Source: Bordetella parapertussis (GTDB taxonomy: Bacteria > Pseudomonadota > Gammaproteobacteria > Burkholderiales > SG8-41). From it: 64,000 nucleotides of DNA. A program made the position numbers and the translations under genes. The stretch is taken from NCBI GenBank assembly GCA_945906935.1, contig CAMDSO010000003.1, positions 13,251 through 77,250 of the forward strand, written 5' to 3'. Positions 28,755 through 38,467 of the stretch are shown here, piece by piece. Each line of letters begins with the position of its first letter. Positions within the stretch are counted from its first letter, which is position 1. The notes beneath the pieces are model-generated. The model ran no database searches, was not told the origin of the DNA, and saw nothing but the letters and a program-made list of their open reading frames with translations.

Positions 28755-28914
28755 CGCGTAGTCTTAATTTTTGATCGGAATGGTATTGGCCGACATTTTA
28801 TCCGCCCGTGCCTGGGTATCCGTGGCTGGCAGGCGCTTTGCCACTGCGCCAGCTTGCAGCGACAGAGTGTTGCGCGCCCGCTTGGTGTGGGTGGCGACAA
28901 TTAGCAGCGCCTCA

Positions 28915-29892
28915 CTATTCTTGTTCGCCTTCGAGCAATGCGCGAGGCAGGGCATATTGCGGATAGCGTTTGCGAAATGCCGCGAGCCCGGTGCGAGCTT
29001 CTTCGTGCCGGCCGAGTCGGCGCAGTTCGGTGAGCCGGGCCAGCCATTGATCTGGCGGCAGCTGTGCCAGCGCAGCTATTGCAACAGCGTTCTCCGCAGG
29101 GGATTGCCCCGTAAGCGCGCGCGCTTCAGCGCGTGTGTCAGCGGTTTGTGGCGTCGATGGTGCCGTGGCCGAAGGCGTGGCTACGCGGTCGGTGCGATTC
29201 GCCGCAGCTGGTAAGGGGGCGTCCGCGGACAGGCGGCCGGGGGCTTCCCGAAGGGCCGGTGCCGATGCCAGTATGTCGCCGCTCCGCGCCGTCTGGCGAT
29301 CTTTATCCGGTGAGGCTGAGAACGTCAGCGCATCGCTGGCAGCCTGGTTTTTCTCCGCTGCGGCTGATCTTGGTGCGGGCTGCGCCTCGCCCGCAATTAC
29401 GGCAGGATAGCCGCCAAAACCGCGCGGTGGGGTGAGGCCGGTGCCGCTGCCAGGCGCGGCTAACCCGTAGGCATCTCTTCCGTAGCGCGAGCCGTCAGCG
29501 ACCGGCTCGGGGAGCTTGAGCCCCAGATTCCGGTTGCGCCCGTCGGCGAGCGGGGTACTGGGTATTTCACTGCCTTCGTTACGGGCCTTGTTTTGCGGCG
29601 CGGTTGCAGAGGACGCAGGCACCTCCGGCCGCGGGGCTGGCGTCAATCCCCCGCCTTCGTCGCGCATGATAGTCACCAGGCTGACACAGACGACGACTAC
29701 CGCAGCGGCCGATAAAGGCCGCTGCCAACGTCTGATAAACGGCATTCCGGCCGCGCGCGGCCGCGCAGCAACTGCGCGACGGGCGGACGCACGAATCGCG
29801 TCGTCCATGCTTGAGGGCGGCTCGTCGGGTGCGGCGGCCCGATAGACCGACGAGAGTTTTGCATCGCGTTCGCTGTCTGGCATATCGTTCAT
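28915..29892 (-). CDS. anti-sigma factor (single-pass membrane protein, Pro/Ala-rich periplasmic region)
   Basis: 325 aa with an ATGA overlap with the ECF sigma gene. It has a short cytoplasmic N-terminus, the TM segment 'LSAAAVVVVCVSLVTIM', a low-complexity periplasmic part and a helical C-terminus 'WLARLTELRRLGRHEEARTGLAAFRKRYP'. The function is inferred mainly from position. Confidence 0.6.
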   Translation of the reverse strand: MNDMPDSERDAKLSSVYRAAAPDEPPSSMDDAIRASARRAVAARPRAAGMPFIRRWQRPLSAAAVVVVCVSLVTIMRDEGGGLTPAPRPEVPASSATAPQNKARNEGSEIPSTPLADGRNRNLGLKLPEPVADGSRYGRDAYGLAAPGSGTGLTPPRGFGGYPAVIAGEAQPAPRSAAAEKNQAASDALTFSASPDKDRQTARSGDILASAPALREAPGRLSADAPLPAAANRTDRVATPSATAPSTPQTADTRAEARALTGQSPAENAVAIAALAQLPPDQWLARLTELRRLGRHEEARTGLAAFRKRYPQYALPRALLEGEQE

Positions 29893-30464
29893 TTTTCAGC
29901 TTCCCTCATGCCCGCCCGCAGGCGTGCCAGCGCGTAACGCAGCCGGCTCTTGGCCGTCTCGCGGTTGACGCCGGTCGCTTCCGCGATGTCCCCGACGCTC
30001 ATATCCGACTCCTGCTGCAACAGAAAAGCTTCGCGCTGCGGTTCGGGTAGCTCGCTGATCAACTGCAATAGTCTGCCGGCCTGCTGTTTGATATCCAGTC
30101 CGACCGCCGGATCTGCAGCGCGTGACGCCGGCACCACCAAAGGTGCCAGGTTCTCATCAGTATCATAAGAAACCGCCCCCCGTCCGCCCTGCCGGCGGTA
30201 GTGATCGATTAGTCTGTTGTGTGCCAGCCGGTACAGCCAGGTGGTGAATTTCGCCGTCACCCTATAACCGTCGCGCGCACGAATCAGATGCGTCCAGACG
30301 TCCTGATACAGTCCCTCGGCAACACCGCGTTCGCCGCACTGGCGCAGCATATAGCGATAGACGCCGCCCTTATGGCGTGTGTAGAGCAGATCAAACGCGC
30401 CCGCGTCACCATCGCGGTAGCGTTCCATTAATGCTTCATCGGTGGGCAGGTTGTCCGCAGTCAT
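29889..30464 (-). CDS. ECF-type RNA polymerase sigma-70 family factor
   Basis: ORF trimmed to the ATG at 30464 (MTADNLPTDEALMERYRDGDAGAFDLLYTRHKGGVYRY). Region 2 'WLYRLAHNRLIDHYRR' and region 4 'LPEPQREAFLLQQESDMSVGDIAEATGVNRETAKSRLRYA' are present. Confidence 0.9.
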   Translation of the reverse strand: MTADNLPTDEALMERYRDGDAGAFDLLYTRHKGGVYRYMLRQCGERGVAEGLYQDVWTHLIRARDGYRVTAKFTTWLYRLAHNRLIDHYRRQGGRGAVSYDTDENLAPLVVPASRAADPAVGLDIKQQAGRLLQLISELPEPQREAFLLQQESDMSVGDIAEATGVNRETAKSRLRYALARLRAGMREAEK

Positions 30465-30539
30465 GGCGGCGGCAGTATGCGCAAGCCCGCCCGCCACGGC
30501 AACTCTCATGGCCGCACCCGGGCAGTCAGCCGTCTTTGC

Positions 30540-31352
30540 TTATGAAGGATCAGACACGAAGCGGCCGGGAAAGGCCGACGGGTGTGCCATTGCAGGCGGG
30601 CGGATTACGCCCCGGGCGAGTAAATTTTGATAGCTATCGTAGTGGATCGTGATCACTTCGTCGGGCACTGCAGCAGCGCGTTCGAAGCTGGTTTGTAGCA
30701 CCGGCGCATGTTCGCGTGTGCCGTGCCCGGTGCCGAGGCTTTTGTTGAGCTGCGGCGGTGGCGATGCCTGGGTCTGACGGCCCACACTATCTTCCGCAAG
30801 GTTTTCTGTTGGCGCAGACCGGCCTGCCGCCCGATCGGTGGGAGTGGTATCGCGCCGCTTATCCGTGTGCATTTCGGGGCGAAGTGCTTCAGGGCTTGCC
30901 ACTGGCCGGATCTTCGGCCGGAATACTGCAACGCCAATCACGCCGGCATTCTCCGGCCGTGCGCTGCGCGCAGCGTAACTGGCATCGAGTTCGGTAAAGT
31001 AAAAGCGCGCCACGCTGTGCAGGTTTTTGCGCCAGCCGCCGATGGCATAGGCTGCTGCAGCTCCCAAAACGTAGCCGCCCTGACTCCAGTGCGCGGTTTC
31101 GCCAGTCACCGCATTGATGCCGTCCACCGAGATCACGGTCATGATTTCCGATGGCTGTCGGTTGCGTAAGGTGACCTGATAGTCATTGCCGGGTTTACCC
31201 GCGACGTAATAACGGCCGTCATGAAAATAAACCGGCAGGGTGCGGTTTTCCGTACGGTCAAAGAGTGCAACGTCGGCCATTCGACCCAGCGCCTGCGCTT
31301 CACCGGCCATCGCGATCAGGCTGATGGCAATTACAAAAAATTTGAGTGGCAT
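30540..31352 (-). CDS. secreted hypothetical protein (no family recognised)
   Basis: 270 aa with the signal peptide MPLKFFVIAISLIAMAGEAQA. A probable beta-rich N-domain ('LPVYFHDGRYYVAGKPGNDYQVTLRNRQ...VISVDGINAVTGE') is followed by a charged/Pro-rich linker and a short C-domain. It is the first gene of the ECF operon, with a 75-nt gap to the sigma gene. Confidence 0.6.
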   Translation of the reverse strand: MPLKFFVIAISLIAMAGEAQALGRMADVALFDRTENRTLPVYFHDGRYYVAGKPGNDYQVTLRNRQPSEIMTVISVDGINAVTGETAHWSQGGYVLGAAAAYAIGGWRKNLHSVARFYFTELDASYAARSARPENAGVIGVAVFRPKIRPVASPEALRPEMHTDKRRDTTPTDRAAGRSAPTENLAEDSVGRQTQASPPPQLNKSLGTGHGTREHAPVLQTSFERAAAVPDEVITIHYDSYQNLLARGVIRPPAMAHPSAFPGRFVSDPS

Positions 31353-31433
31353 GCCGGATTCCCCAGGTGTGACATCAAGCCGATGTCAGCGCTATAAACG
31401 GGAGAAGAACGGAGGTGGGGTTAAACAAACCCC

Positions 31434-31461
31434 AAAAAACGCGCGGCTGCAAAGCCGCGCG
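31434..31461 (-). terminator. rho-independent terminator of the 2-hydroxyacid dehydrogenase gene
   Basis: On the minus strand a 9-bp GC stem CGCGCGGCT/AGCCGCGCG (31440-31461) with a 4-nt loop is followed by T6 (A6 at 31434-31439 on the plus strand). A second small hairpin ggggtt/aacccc lies at 31417-31433. Confidence 0.7.
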
Positions 31462-31476
31462 TCAGGACGGCAATGC

Positions 31477-32451
31477 TTATTTACCGAGCACTTCTGGATT
31501 TAACACATTGATCGGCGTGCCAGCGGCATAGCCGAGTACGCTGTCGACGACGGTGCCGAAATAGCTTTCATAGGTGCCGGCTTCGACATAGCCGAGATGC
31601 GGCGTGCAGACCACATTCGACATTTTGAGCAACGGGTGGTTGGCGCCCACCACCGGTTCGTCCTCATACACATCGATGGCGCCAAAACCGGGGTGCCCCT
31701 TGTTTAAGGCATCGACCAAGGCGCCGCTCTCGATCAAACCGGCGCGGCTGCTGTTCACCAGCAAGGCGCTGGACTTCATCTGTGCGAGGTCCGCTGCCGT
31801 GACGATGCCGCGTGTTTCTTTGTTGAGCGGAATATGCAGGCACAACACATCGGCACCGGCAAAAAATGCCTCGCGGCTGGCCGGCACCTCGTAACCGAGT
31901 TCCCTGGCTTTGGCCTTCGAGGCGTCGCGTCCCCAGCAGGTCACTTTCATGCCAAAGGCCTTGCCGATCTGGGCGACGACACTGCCGATCTTGCCCAGTG
32001 CATAAATACCGAGCGTCTTGCCATGCACGCCGGTGCCGACGCTGGTCTGCCAGACGCCTTGTTTGAGTTGCTGCACTTCGTGGGGGATGCTGCGCAGGCT
32101 GGACAGTATCAAGCCCCAGGTCAGTTCCGCGGTTGCGTTCGGCAGGCCACCGCCGGCGGCGGCGACGATGATGCCACGGGCCGTGCAGGCGGCCAGATCG
32201 ATATGCCCGACATTGCGCCCCGTGTTGCACAACAGCTTGACGCTGGCCGGCAGGGCTTCGACCAGCGCCTTGGGCAGCGGCGAGCGCTGCTGGGTCATGA
32301 TCACCGATTCGTAACCCTCGAGCCGCGCGGCGAAGCGGGCCGCATCTTTTTCGGTGTCGCGATAGACCGTGATGTCGTGGCCTTTTAGATTCGCCGCGCA
32401 GGCGAGCTTGCGAAATGCATCCTGATAATCGTCGATCACTGCAATCTTCAT
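31477..32451 (-). CDS. D-isomer-specific 2-hydroxyacid dehydrogenase family protein
   Basis: 324 aa with the NAD motif 'GIYALGKIGSVVA', a catalytic-region 'SSR' and 'TPHLGY'. The length and order are typical of the family. Confidence 0.85.
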   Translation of the reverse strand: MKIAVIDDYQDAFRKLACAANLKGHDITVYRDTEKDAARFAARLEGYESVIMTQQRSPLPKALVEALPASVKLLCNTGRNVGHIDLAACTARGIIVAAAGGGLPNATAELTWGLILSSLRSIPHEVQQLKQGVWQTSVGTGVHGKTLGIYALGKIGSVVAQIGKAFGMKVTCWGRDASKAKARELGYEVPASREAFFAGADVLCLHIPLNKETRGIVTAADLAQMKSSALLVNSSRAGLIESGALVDALNKGHPGFGAIDVYEDEPVVGANHPLLKMSNVVCTPHLGYVEAGTYESYFGTVVDSVLGYAAGTPINVLNPEVLGK

Positions 32452-32475
32452 TTGATCCTCTCCCTAAAAAACCTA

Positions 32476-33621
32476 TTATGCACTGCCGCGCCGTACCAGT
32501 ATGCCGCCGCCTGCCAGCATGATGGCATTAATCCAGAACACCGGCCCTACGCCAAACACCGAGCCGATCGAGCCGGCGGCGATTGGAATGATCACGTGGG
32601 TCGCGTTGTTGATGGCTAGTCGCAAGCCGAGTGCCTCGCCAGTACGACCTTGCGGCGAGCGCGCGTATATCAGTATTGTTGAGAGTGGCTGGCCGCAGCC
32701 CAGGCAGAGGCCGAGCAGGAATGCAAATATCGTCAGCACCAGCATGTTCTTGAACAGCGGAAAGACGAGGAAGGCGCCGGCACCCAGAAACAACGACCAT
32801 GCCAGCAGCGGTGCTTCTCCAGTGCGACGCGACAGCCAGGGCATGACGATACGCACCACAAACGCTGCCACGCCCATGGTGCTCAGCACCAAGCCACACT
32901 CTGAGGCCGACAAGCCGATCGAGTGACCGTAGATGGGCATGTAAAACTCGAAGAGGTCGGTGCCGGTGAGGATGGCGGTGCTGCCGATCAATGGACTGCG
33001 CAAAGGCTTGTGTCGCAACAGATCACCGGTGGCGCGCGTCTCCGCCGGTGCGTCGGATTTCGCCGCCGCGGGTATCGCGGTGTCGCGCAAGGCGCGCGAG
33101 GTGGCGAGCAGTGCGAGCGGGATGAGTGCCAGCAGCGCCAGATACAAATAGGTGCTGCCGAAACCGAAATGATCGATCGAAAACCCCGCGCCGAGCGGGC
33201 CCAAAGAAGCGCCCGCTGCGATCATCAAACTGTAGTTGCTGAAATTGCGTGTGCGCGTCGCATCACTGCTGATGGCGCCGAGCATGCTTTGCACGGTGAC
33301 GTGATAAAAGACAAACGAGATACCGAATACCAGCGCCGACAAACAGAGCGCTGTCAGCCCCGGCGCGAGAAAGGGTATCAGCAACCCGATCACAGCGCCG
33401 GCGGTGCCGCCGATCAGCGGCCAGCGCGGTCCGATACGATCGGCGAGGCGTCCGGCATAGACGGCAAGCATGGCCGGAAACACCGCATAGAGCGCGATCA
33501 TCACGCCGATCATGTACTGCGGCGCGCCGAGTTCGATGGCAAACAGCGAGACGAGGATGCGGCTGGCCCGCAGACAGGTCATATTGCACAGCACGATCAA
33601 GAGAACCAGTTGGACGTTCAT
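32476..33621 (-). CDS. MFS transporter
   Basis: 381 aa with about 12 predicted TM segments and 'GRLADRIGPRWPL' as the MFS loop 2-3 motif. Confidence 0.85.
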   Translation of the reverse strand: MNVQLVLLIVLCNMTCLRASRILVSLFAIELGAPQYMIGVMIALYAVFPAMLAVYAGRLADRIGPRWPLIGGTAGAVIGLLIPFLAPGLTALCLSALVFGISFVFYHVTVQSMLGAISSDATRTRNFSNYSLMIAAGASLGPLGAGFSIDHFGFGSTYLYLALLALIPLALLATSRALRDTAIPAAAKSDAPAETRATGDLLRHKPLRSPLIGSTAILTGTDLFEFYMPIYGHSIGLSASECGLVLSTMGVAAFVVRIVMPWLSRRTGEAPLLAWSLFLGAGAFLVFPLFKNMLVLTIFAFLLGLCLGCGQPLSTILIYARSPQGRTGEALGLRLAINNATHVIIPIAAGSIGSVFGVGPVFWINAIMLAGGGILVRRGSA

Positions 33622-33740
33622 CGCTGTGCCGGGGCTTGGTGAGGGGTGAAAAAATCAGCTGTGACTATAGCAGACCACCTGCGTAGCCACACCCGGATGG
33701 TTCCAATACAATGCCGCCACGCCAATGCGAAAGGTTGTGG

Positions 33741-34676
33741 GTGAAAAAAATTCTGGTCACCGGCGGCGCTGGTTTTCTCGGCTCTCATCTCTGCGAAAAA
33801 TTGCTGGCACGGGGCGACGACGTGCTCTGCGTCGACAACTTTTTTACCGGCGATAAACGCAATGTCGCGCATTTGATAGGCAGGCCGCTGTTCGAGCTGA
33901 TGCGTCACGACATTACCTTTCCGCTTTATGTGGAGGTGGACCGGATCTTTAATCTCGCCTGCCCGGCCTCGCCCGTGCACTACCAATTCGATCCCGTGCA
34001 GACTACTAAAACGTCGGTGCATGGCGCGATCAATATGCTGGGCCTCGCCAAGCGGGTGCAGGCGCGCATACTGCAGGCGTCGACTTCCGAGGTCTACGGT
34101 GATCCGCAGGTGCATCCGCAACGTGAAGATTATGTCGGGCATGTCAACCCGATCGGCTTGCGTAGCTGCTACGACGAGGGCAAGCGTTGCGCCGAAACCC
34201 TGTTTTTTGATTATCACCGCCAGCACGGCGTGGCTATCAAAGTGGCGCGTATTTTCAACACCTACGGACCGCACATGCATCCTGACGACGGGCGTGTCGT
34301 CAGCAACTTCATCATGCAGGCCTTGCGTGGCGAGGACATCACCATCTACGGTGACGGCACACAATCACGTTCGTTCTGCTATGTCGATGATCTGATCGAC
34401 GGTCTGCTGCGCTTGATGGATAGTGCTGATGCTTTTACCGGGCCGGTCAATATGGGCAACCCGCAGGAGATTGCGGTCGGCATGCTGGCCGAGAAAATTC
34501 TCACGCTGACTGGCTCGCGCTCCAAACTCAGCTACAAGCCGGCGGTTGCCGATGACCCGCAGCAGCGCCGTCCTGACATCACGCTGGCGCAAAAGAACCT
34601 CGGCTGGCAGCCCCATACCTCACTCGACGACGGCTTGCGCGAAACCATACGCTACTTCCAGCGCCAGCTGGCTTGA
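33741..34676 (+). CDS. uxs: UDP-glucuronate decarboxylase (UDP-xylose synthase)
   Basis: Similarity to UXS enzymes runs along the whole length: '[14 protein letters not shown]', 'DNFFTG.KRN', '[35 protein letters not shown]' and '[18 protein letters not shown]'. The likely start is the GTG at 33741 after AAGG; the track start at 33711 is also possible. Confidence 0.9.
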   Translation: MKKILVTGGAGFLGSHLCEKLLARGDDVLCVDNFFTGDKRNVAHLIGRPLFELMRHDITFPLYVEVDRIFNLACPASPVHYQFDPVQTTKTSVHGAINMLGLAKRVQARILQASTSEVYGDPQVHPQREDYVGHVNPIGLRSCYDEGKRCAETLFFDYHRQHGVAIKVARIFNTYGPHMHPDDGRVVSNFIMQALRGEDITIYGDGTQSRSFCYVDDLIDGLLRLMDSADAFTGPVNMGNPQEIAVGMLAEKILTLTGSRSKLSYKPAVADDPQQRRPDITLAQKNLGWQPHTSLDDGLRETIRYFQRQLA

Positions 34677-34683
34677 CGCCGCT

Positions 34684-36090
34684 TTACGTCTGCGCGACCG
34701 CGTATTTGCGGTAGCGCGGGTCGAGCAGCAGGTGTTCGTAGGCATGACCGAGATGCCATAGTCGATCCACGGCGGCATTCGCGGCGAGCCAGGCGACCGC
34801 CGGTTCGGTGGCATAGCGTCGCATCATCGCCAGCACGCAGTAGAGCGCACTTTGATCGACCAGCCACGCCTCGGGTTCGTGTTCAAGCATGTCGATTGCG
34901 TAGTTGGCGACAGCACTGAAGTAGCCGCACGCCGCCGGTGTCGGATTGGCGACTATGATATTGGCAATGATGTCGAGCCACGGTGAATCGGCTGGCACGC
35001 GTGGGTTCAATGCAAGGTCGGCGCCTGCCGCCGCAGCGACAATATTTTCAAGCCGGCCTTCGACAATGAAATCGACGTCGAGGCTGAGCACCGGCCGTTT
35101 ATATTGTTGCAACCAGGCTGCCATATGTATCAGGCGGCCGCAGGCATAGTAGGCCTTGCGTTGACGCACCTGCTCTGGGGGGAAGGGGCTGGTCTCGGTG
35201 GTTGCCACTAAATGGCGCAGCCCACACTCTGCAATGAGGTTGCGCACTTCGCTAATGATGGTTTTATCGGGGTCGTAAATATGTAAATGCAGCAGACCAT
35301 CACCCTGCGCTTGTTCGGCATAGGAGCGCAGAAACGGAAATCCATATTTGCGTACATAGGGCGGGTTGCAGGAAATTAGCGTGACGTGGCCGCTGCGGCT
35401 TTGCGCATCCGCTGTGCAGAAAGCAATCTGCGGTGCGTCGGTCTCCACGCGGGGCGAACTGAAATGCTCCCAGCTGCTTTGATCAAAACGTGCCAGTCGC
35501 GGATATACAAATTGGTCGGCCCGCTGTGCCGCCCGCTCAAAGGCAGACTGCGACTCTTCATAACGTCCGCTGGCAGCGAGTGTGCAGCCGCGCCGGCTGT
35601 CGATCCGGTAATCGTCTGCGCCGTTCGCGGCGGCTATATCGAGTTCGGCCAAGGCGCCGGCGAAGTCACGGCGTCCATGTAACACGGTTGCCAGTCCGAT
35701 GTGAGCGGCCGTTAATGCCGGCTTGAGTTCGATCGCGCCGCGCAGACAATATTCGGCCTGGTCGAGATCGCCCGTTTTGCAATAACAGTTGCCGAGGTTG
35801 GTCAGCGTCCATGGGTCGACGCGCCGTTGCAATGCCTGATCAAAGAGCCGGATCGCTTCCTGCCAACGATATTGCAGCATGGCGATGCGACCGAGCATCC
35901 CTTGCGCATCGACGTCATCCGGCACATCGGTCAAGACCGACTCGCACAAAGCGCGCGCGCCAATGTATTCACCGCGTTCGATTTGTTGAGCCGCCTCGGC
36001 GAGAGTTTGATCGGCGTTGAAATTGTCACTGCCTGCGTTCATGCGCAACATTATGACAGACTGGATACGTTGTCTATTCAACATAGCCAT
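34684..36090 (-). CDS. TPR-repeat protein with a C-terminal GT-A/GT8-like (DxD) domain
   Basis: 468-aa ORF; the true start may be an internal Met down to 36042. The N-terminal half has TPR-like repeats ('NLGNCYCKTGDLDQAEYCLRGAIELKP'). The C-terminal half has 'PVLSLDVDFIV' (DxD-like) and 'WLVDQSALY', reminiscent of retaining GT8 transferases. Confidence 0.5.
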   Translation of the reverse strand: MAMLNRQRIQSVIMLRMNAGSDNFNADQTLAEAAQQIERGEYIGARALCESVLTDVPDDVDAQGMLGRIAMLQYRWQEAIRLFDQALQRRVDPWTLTNLGNCYCKTGDLDQAEYCLRGAIELKPALTAAHIGLATVLHGRRDFAGALAELDIAAANGADDYRIDSRRGCTLAASGRYEESQSAFERAAQRADQFVYPRLARFDQSSWEHFSSPRVETDAPQIAFCTADAQSRSGHVTLISCNPPYVRKYGFPFLRSYAEQAQGDGLLHLHIYDPDKTIISEVRNLIAECGLRHLVATTETSPFPPEQVRQRKAYYACGRLIHMAAWLQQYKRPVLSLDVDFIVEGRLENIVAAAAGADLALNPRVPADSPWLDIIANIIVANPTPAACGYFSAVANYAIDMLEHEPEAWLVDQSALYCVLAMMRRYATEPAVAWLAANAAVDRLWHLGHAYEHLLLDPRYRKYAVAQT

Positions 36091-36121
36091 GCCCTGTTCA
36101 TTGCCCTAAAATCACGCCGCC

Positions 36122-37375
36122 ATGTCATCCCCCTTGCGCGCGCTGCGCCACCGAAACTTTGCCTTTTTTGCCGCCGGTCAGTCCATCGCTCTGGTTGGTT
36201 ACTGGATACAGCAGCTCGCCGTCAGCTGGCTGATTTACCGACTGACCGGTTCGGCAACACTGTTGGGTGTTCTGAGCTTTGCCGCCAACGTCCCTGTGTT
36301 GTTGTTGGCGCCCATGGCGGGTATCTGGGCCGACCGCTTCAACCGTCATCGCATGATGCTGGCGACACAGGTGCTTGAAATGTTGCAGGCGATCGCACTC
36401 GCCGTGCTGGCCTACGGCGGCTGGCTCGAGGTTTGGCACGTGGTGGCACTGACCGTCATGCTGGGTATGTGTGTTGCAGTCGAACTGCCGGTGCGTCACG
36501 CTTATCTGCTCGAGCTCGTTGGCGACAAGCAGGATTTGCCAAACGCCGTCGCCACCACCTCGCTGGTCGCCAATTGCGGCCGTCTGGTCGGACCTGCAAT
36601 AGCCGGTGTATTGATCGCCAGTTTCAGCGAGGCCACCTGCTTTCTGATCAACGCCATCAGCTACATCGCGGTGCTGATCAGTTTTATTTTTATCCGCGTT
36701 AAACCGCATACCGCCGCCGTGGCCAAGCACCCGCCGGTGCTCAGGGGGATCGCCGAGGGCGTGCTCTATGCCTGGCGCAACCTGCCGATACGGGCGCTGC
36801 TCACGGTGCTGTCGTTGCTGGCATTGACCGCTGCGCCCTACAGCACGCTGATGCCAGCGGTGGTGCACGAGGCTTTTGACGGCAACGCGCAGACCCTGGG
36901 TTTTCTGATCGGCGCGGCTGGCTGTGGTGCGGTGTGCGGCACGCTGTTTTTGGCATCACGCAATAATGTACGCGGGTTGTTGCGTTTTATTATGAGCGCA
37001 GCGCTGCTGGCCGGTGTCGCGCTGGTGGCGCTGTCGCAATCGCGCATGCTGTGGCTTTCTTTGCTGCTGATGGCGGTTATTGGTTGCAGCATTCTGGTCA
37101 CATCAGTGTCGATCAATATGATCCTGCAGACGATTGTCGATGATGACAAGCGCGGTCGTGTCATGAGCTTGTATACGGCGGCTTTTCTGGGTTTGGTGCC
37201 ACTCGGTGGCATGGTTGCCGGTGTGCTCGCTGACCGTATCGGTGCCACGACTACGCTGCTGGCCGGGGGGATGGTTTGCCTGGCCGGTGCGATCGTTCTT
37301 GCGCGGCAGTTGCCAAGCCTGCGTGTGCAGATGCGTGCAACCTATGCGCGCCTTGGGATTCAGGCTTCTTCTTAA
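36122..37375 (+). CDS. MFS transporter (EntS/MFS_3-like)
   Basis: 417 aa reading 'LRHRNFAFFAAGQSIALVGYWIQQLAVSWL', with 12 TM-like segments. Confidence 0.85.
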   Translation: MSSPLRALRHRNFAFFAAGQSIALVGYWIQQLAVSWLIYRLTGSATLLGVLSFAANVPVLLLAPMAGIWADRFNRHRMMLATQVLEMLQAIALAVLAYGGWLEVWHVVALTVMLGMCVAVELPVRHAYLLELVGDKQDLPNAVATTSLVANCGRLVGPAIAGVLIASFSEATCFLINAISYIAVLISFIFIRVKPHTAAVAKHPPVLRGIAEGVLYAWRNLPIRALLTVLSLLALTAAPYSTLMPAVVHEAFDGNAQTLGFLIGAAGCGAVCGTLFLASRNNVRGLLRFIMSAALLAGVALVALSQSRMLWLSLLLMAVIGCSILVTSVSINMILQTIVDDDKRGRVMSLYTAAFLGLVPLGGMVAGVLADRIGATTTLLAGGMVCLAGAIVLARQLPSLRVQMRATYARLGIQASS

Positions 37376-37483
37376 GCGCGAACGGCAAATGCAATTCAGG
37401 CAACGCCCATTAATGCCCATTGGGAATTGCTTGGTATTGCACTGCCGTCGCTTTCCTCGGCAGTGGTCCGGCGGTAATTCCAG

Positions 37484-38467
37484 TTACGACGTCTTGAGCG
37501 TTGGTATGTCCGCTTGCGCATGCGTGCCGCAACGCGTGCCATGCACGCGGTCACGGCCGTCGCGTTTGGCCCGATAGAGCATTTCGTCGGCGGCTTCAAT
37601 CAACATCGACGGGGCGCTTGCGTAATCGGGAATGGTCGATGCCACGCCGACGCTGATGGTGACTATTTTTTCGCGTACCGTGGTGGCATGAGGCAGGGCC
37701 AGTGCTTTGATCGTGTCGCACAGGCCTTGCGCGATGGAGAGTCCGCCGGCCAGCGGGGTGCCCGGCAAAATTGCCACGAATTCCTCGCCGCCAAAGCGGG
37801 CGATCATGTCGCCCGGTCTTTTTAGCGCAAGTTGCAGGGCAACGGCGATTTTACGCAGACAGTCGTCGCCAGCCAGATGGCCGTAATCATCGTTGTATTG
37901 TTTGAAATTATCGACATCGATCATGGCGAGCGAGATGGCGCTGGCAGTGCGGGTATTGCGACGCCACTCGATCAGCAGCGCATTATCGAATGAGCGGCGA
38001 TTGGGGATGCCGGTCAGCCCGTCGAGTGCCGACAGGCGCCGCAACTCCTGGTTGGCGCCATTGAGTTTGTGCGTTGTTTCGAGTAGCGCCTTGCGCATAT
38101 CGTGCAGGCGTTGCATGGCCTTGATTTTTGCGCCCAACACCACCGGGCTGACCGGTTTGATCAGATAGTCGTCGCCGCCGGCTTCGATGCCGCGCCTGAG
38201 ATCGTCCTCGGAATCCATGCCGCTGATGAAGATGATCGGCGTCCAGTTTGAACCGGCCTCGATGACGCGTATGCGGCGCGCGACTTCACAACCGTCCATT
38301 TCCGGCATCAGCACGTCCATCAGGATCAAATCCGGCTTTTCCCGTTCAAACAGGTTGAGCGCTTCGGCGCCGTCACCGGCGGTAATCGCGGTATGGCCAA
38401 GCAATTCGACATACTTACGCATGACGAGCAGATTGGGGAGCGCGTCGTCGACAATAACGATTTTCAT
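37484..38467 (-). CDS. response regulator with GGDEF diguanylate cyclase output
   Basis: 327 aa. The receiver reads 'KIVIVDD...DLILMDVLMPEMDG...K'. The GGDEF domain has the active site 'GGEEF' and an upstream 'RR' I-site-like motif. It has an ATGA overlap with the upstream kinase gene. Confidence 0.9.
   Translation of the reverse strand: MKIVIVDDALPNLLVMRKYVELLGHTAITAGDGAEALNLFEREKPDLILMDVLMPEMDGCEVARRIRVIEAGSNWTPIIFISGMDSEDDLRRGIEAGGDDYLIKPVSPVVLGAKIKAMQRLHDMRKALLETTHKLNGANQELRRLSALDGLTGIPNRRSFDNALLIEWRRNTRTASAISLAMIDVDNFKQYNDDYGHLAGDDCLRKIAVALQLALKRPGDMIARFGGEEFVAILPGTPLAGGLSIAQGLCDTIKALALPHATTVREKIVTISVGVASTIPDYASAPSMLIEAADEMLYRAKRDGRDRVHGTRCGTHAQADIPTLKTS

Noticed and set aside
28641-28904. 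An 87-aa plus-strand ORF in the intergenic region.
   Set aside because: It is antisense to the Cys-rich Oxidored-like ORF, has no RBS, and gives a hydrophobic or Arg-rich nonsense-like translation. The minus-strand reading has a recognisable conserved motif.
31353-31476. An ECF-type autoregulated promoter (AAC-N16/17-CGT-like) upstream of the secreted-protein/sigma operon.
   Set aside because: Only a loose 'ttAACc ... CCGTtt' arrangement with doubtful spacing is present. That is not enough to call a promoter without the group-specific motif.
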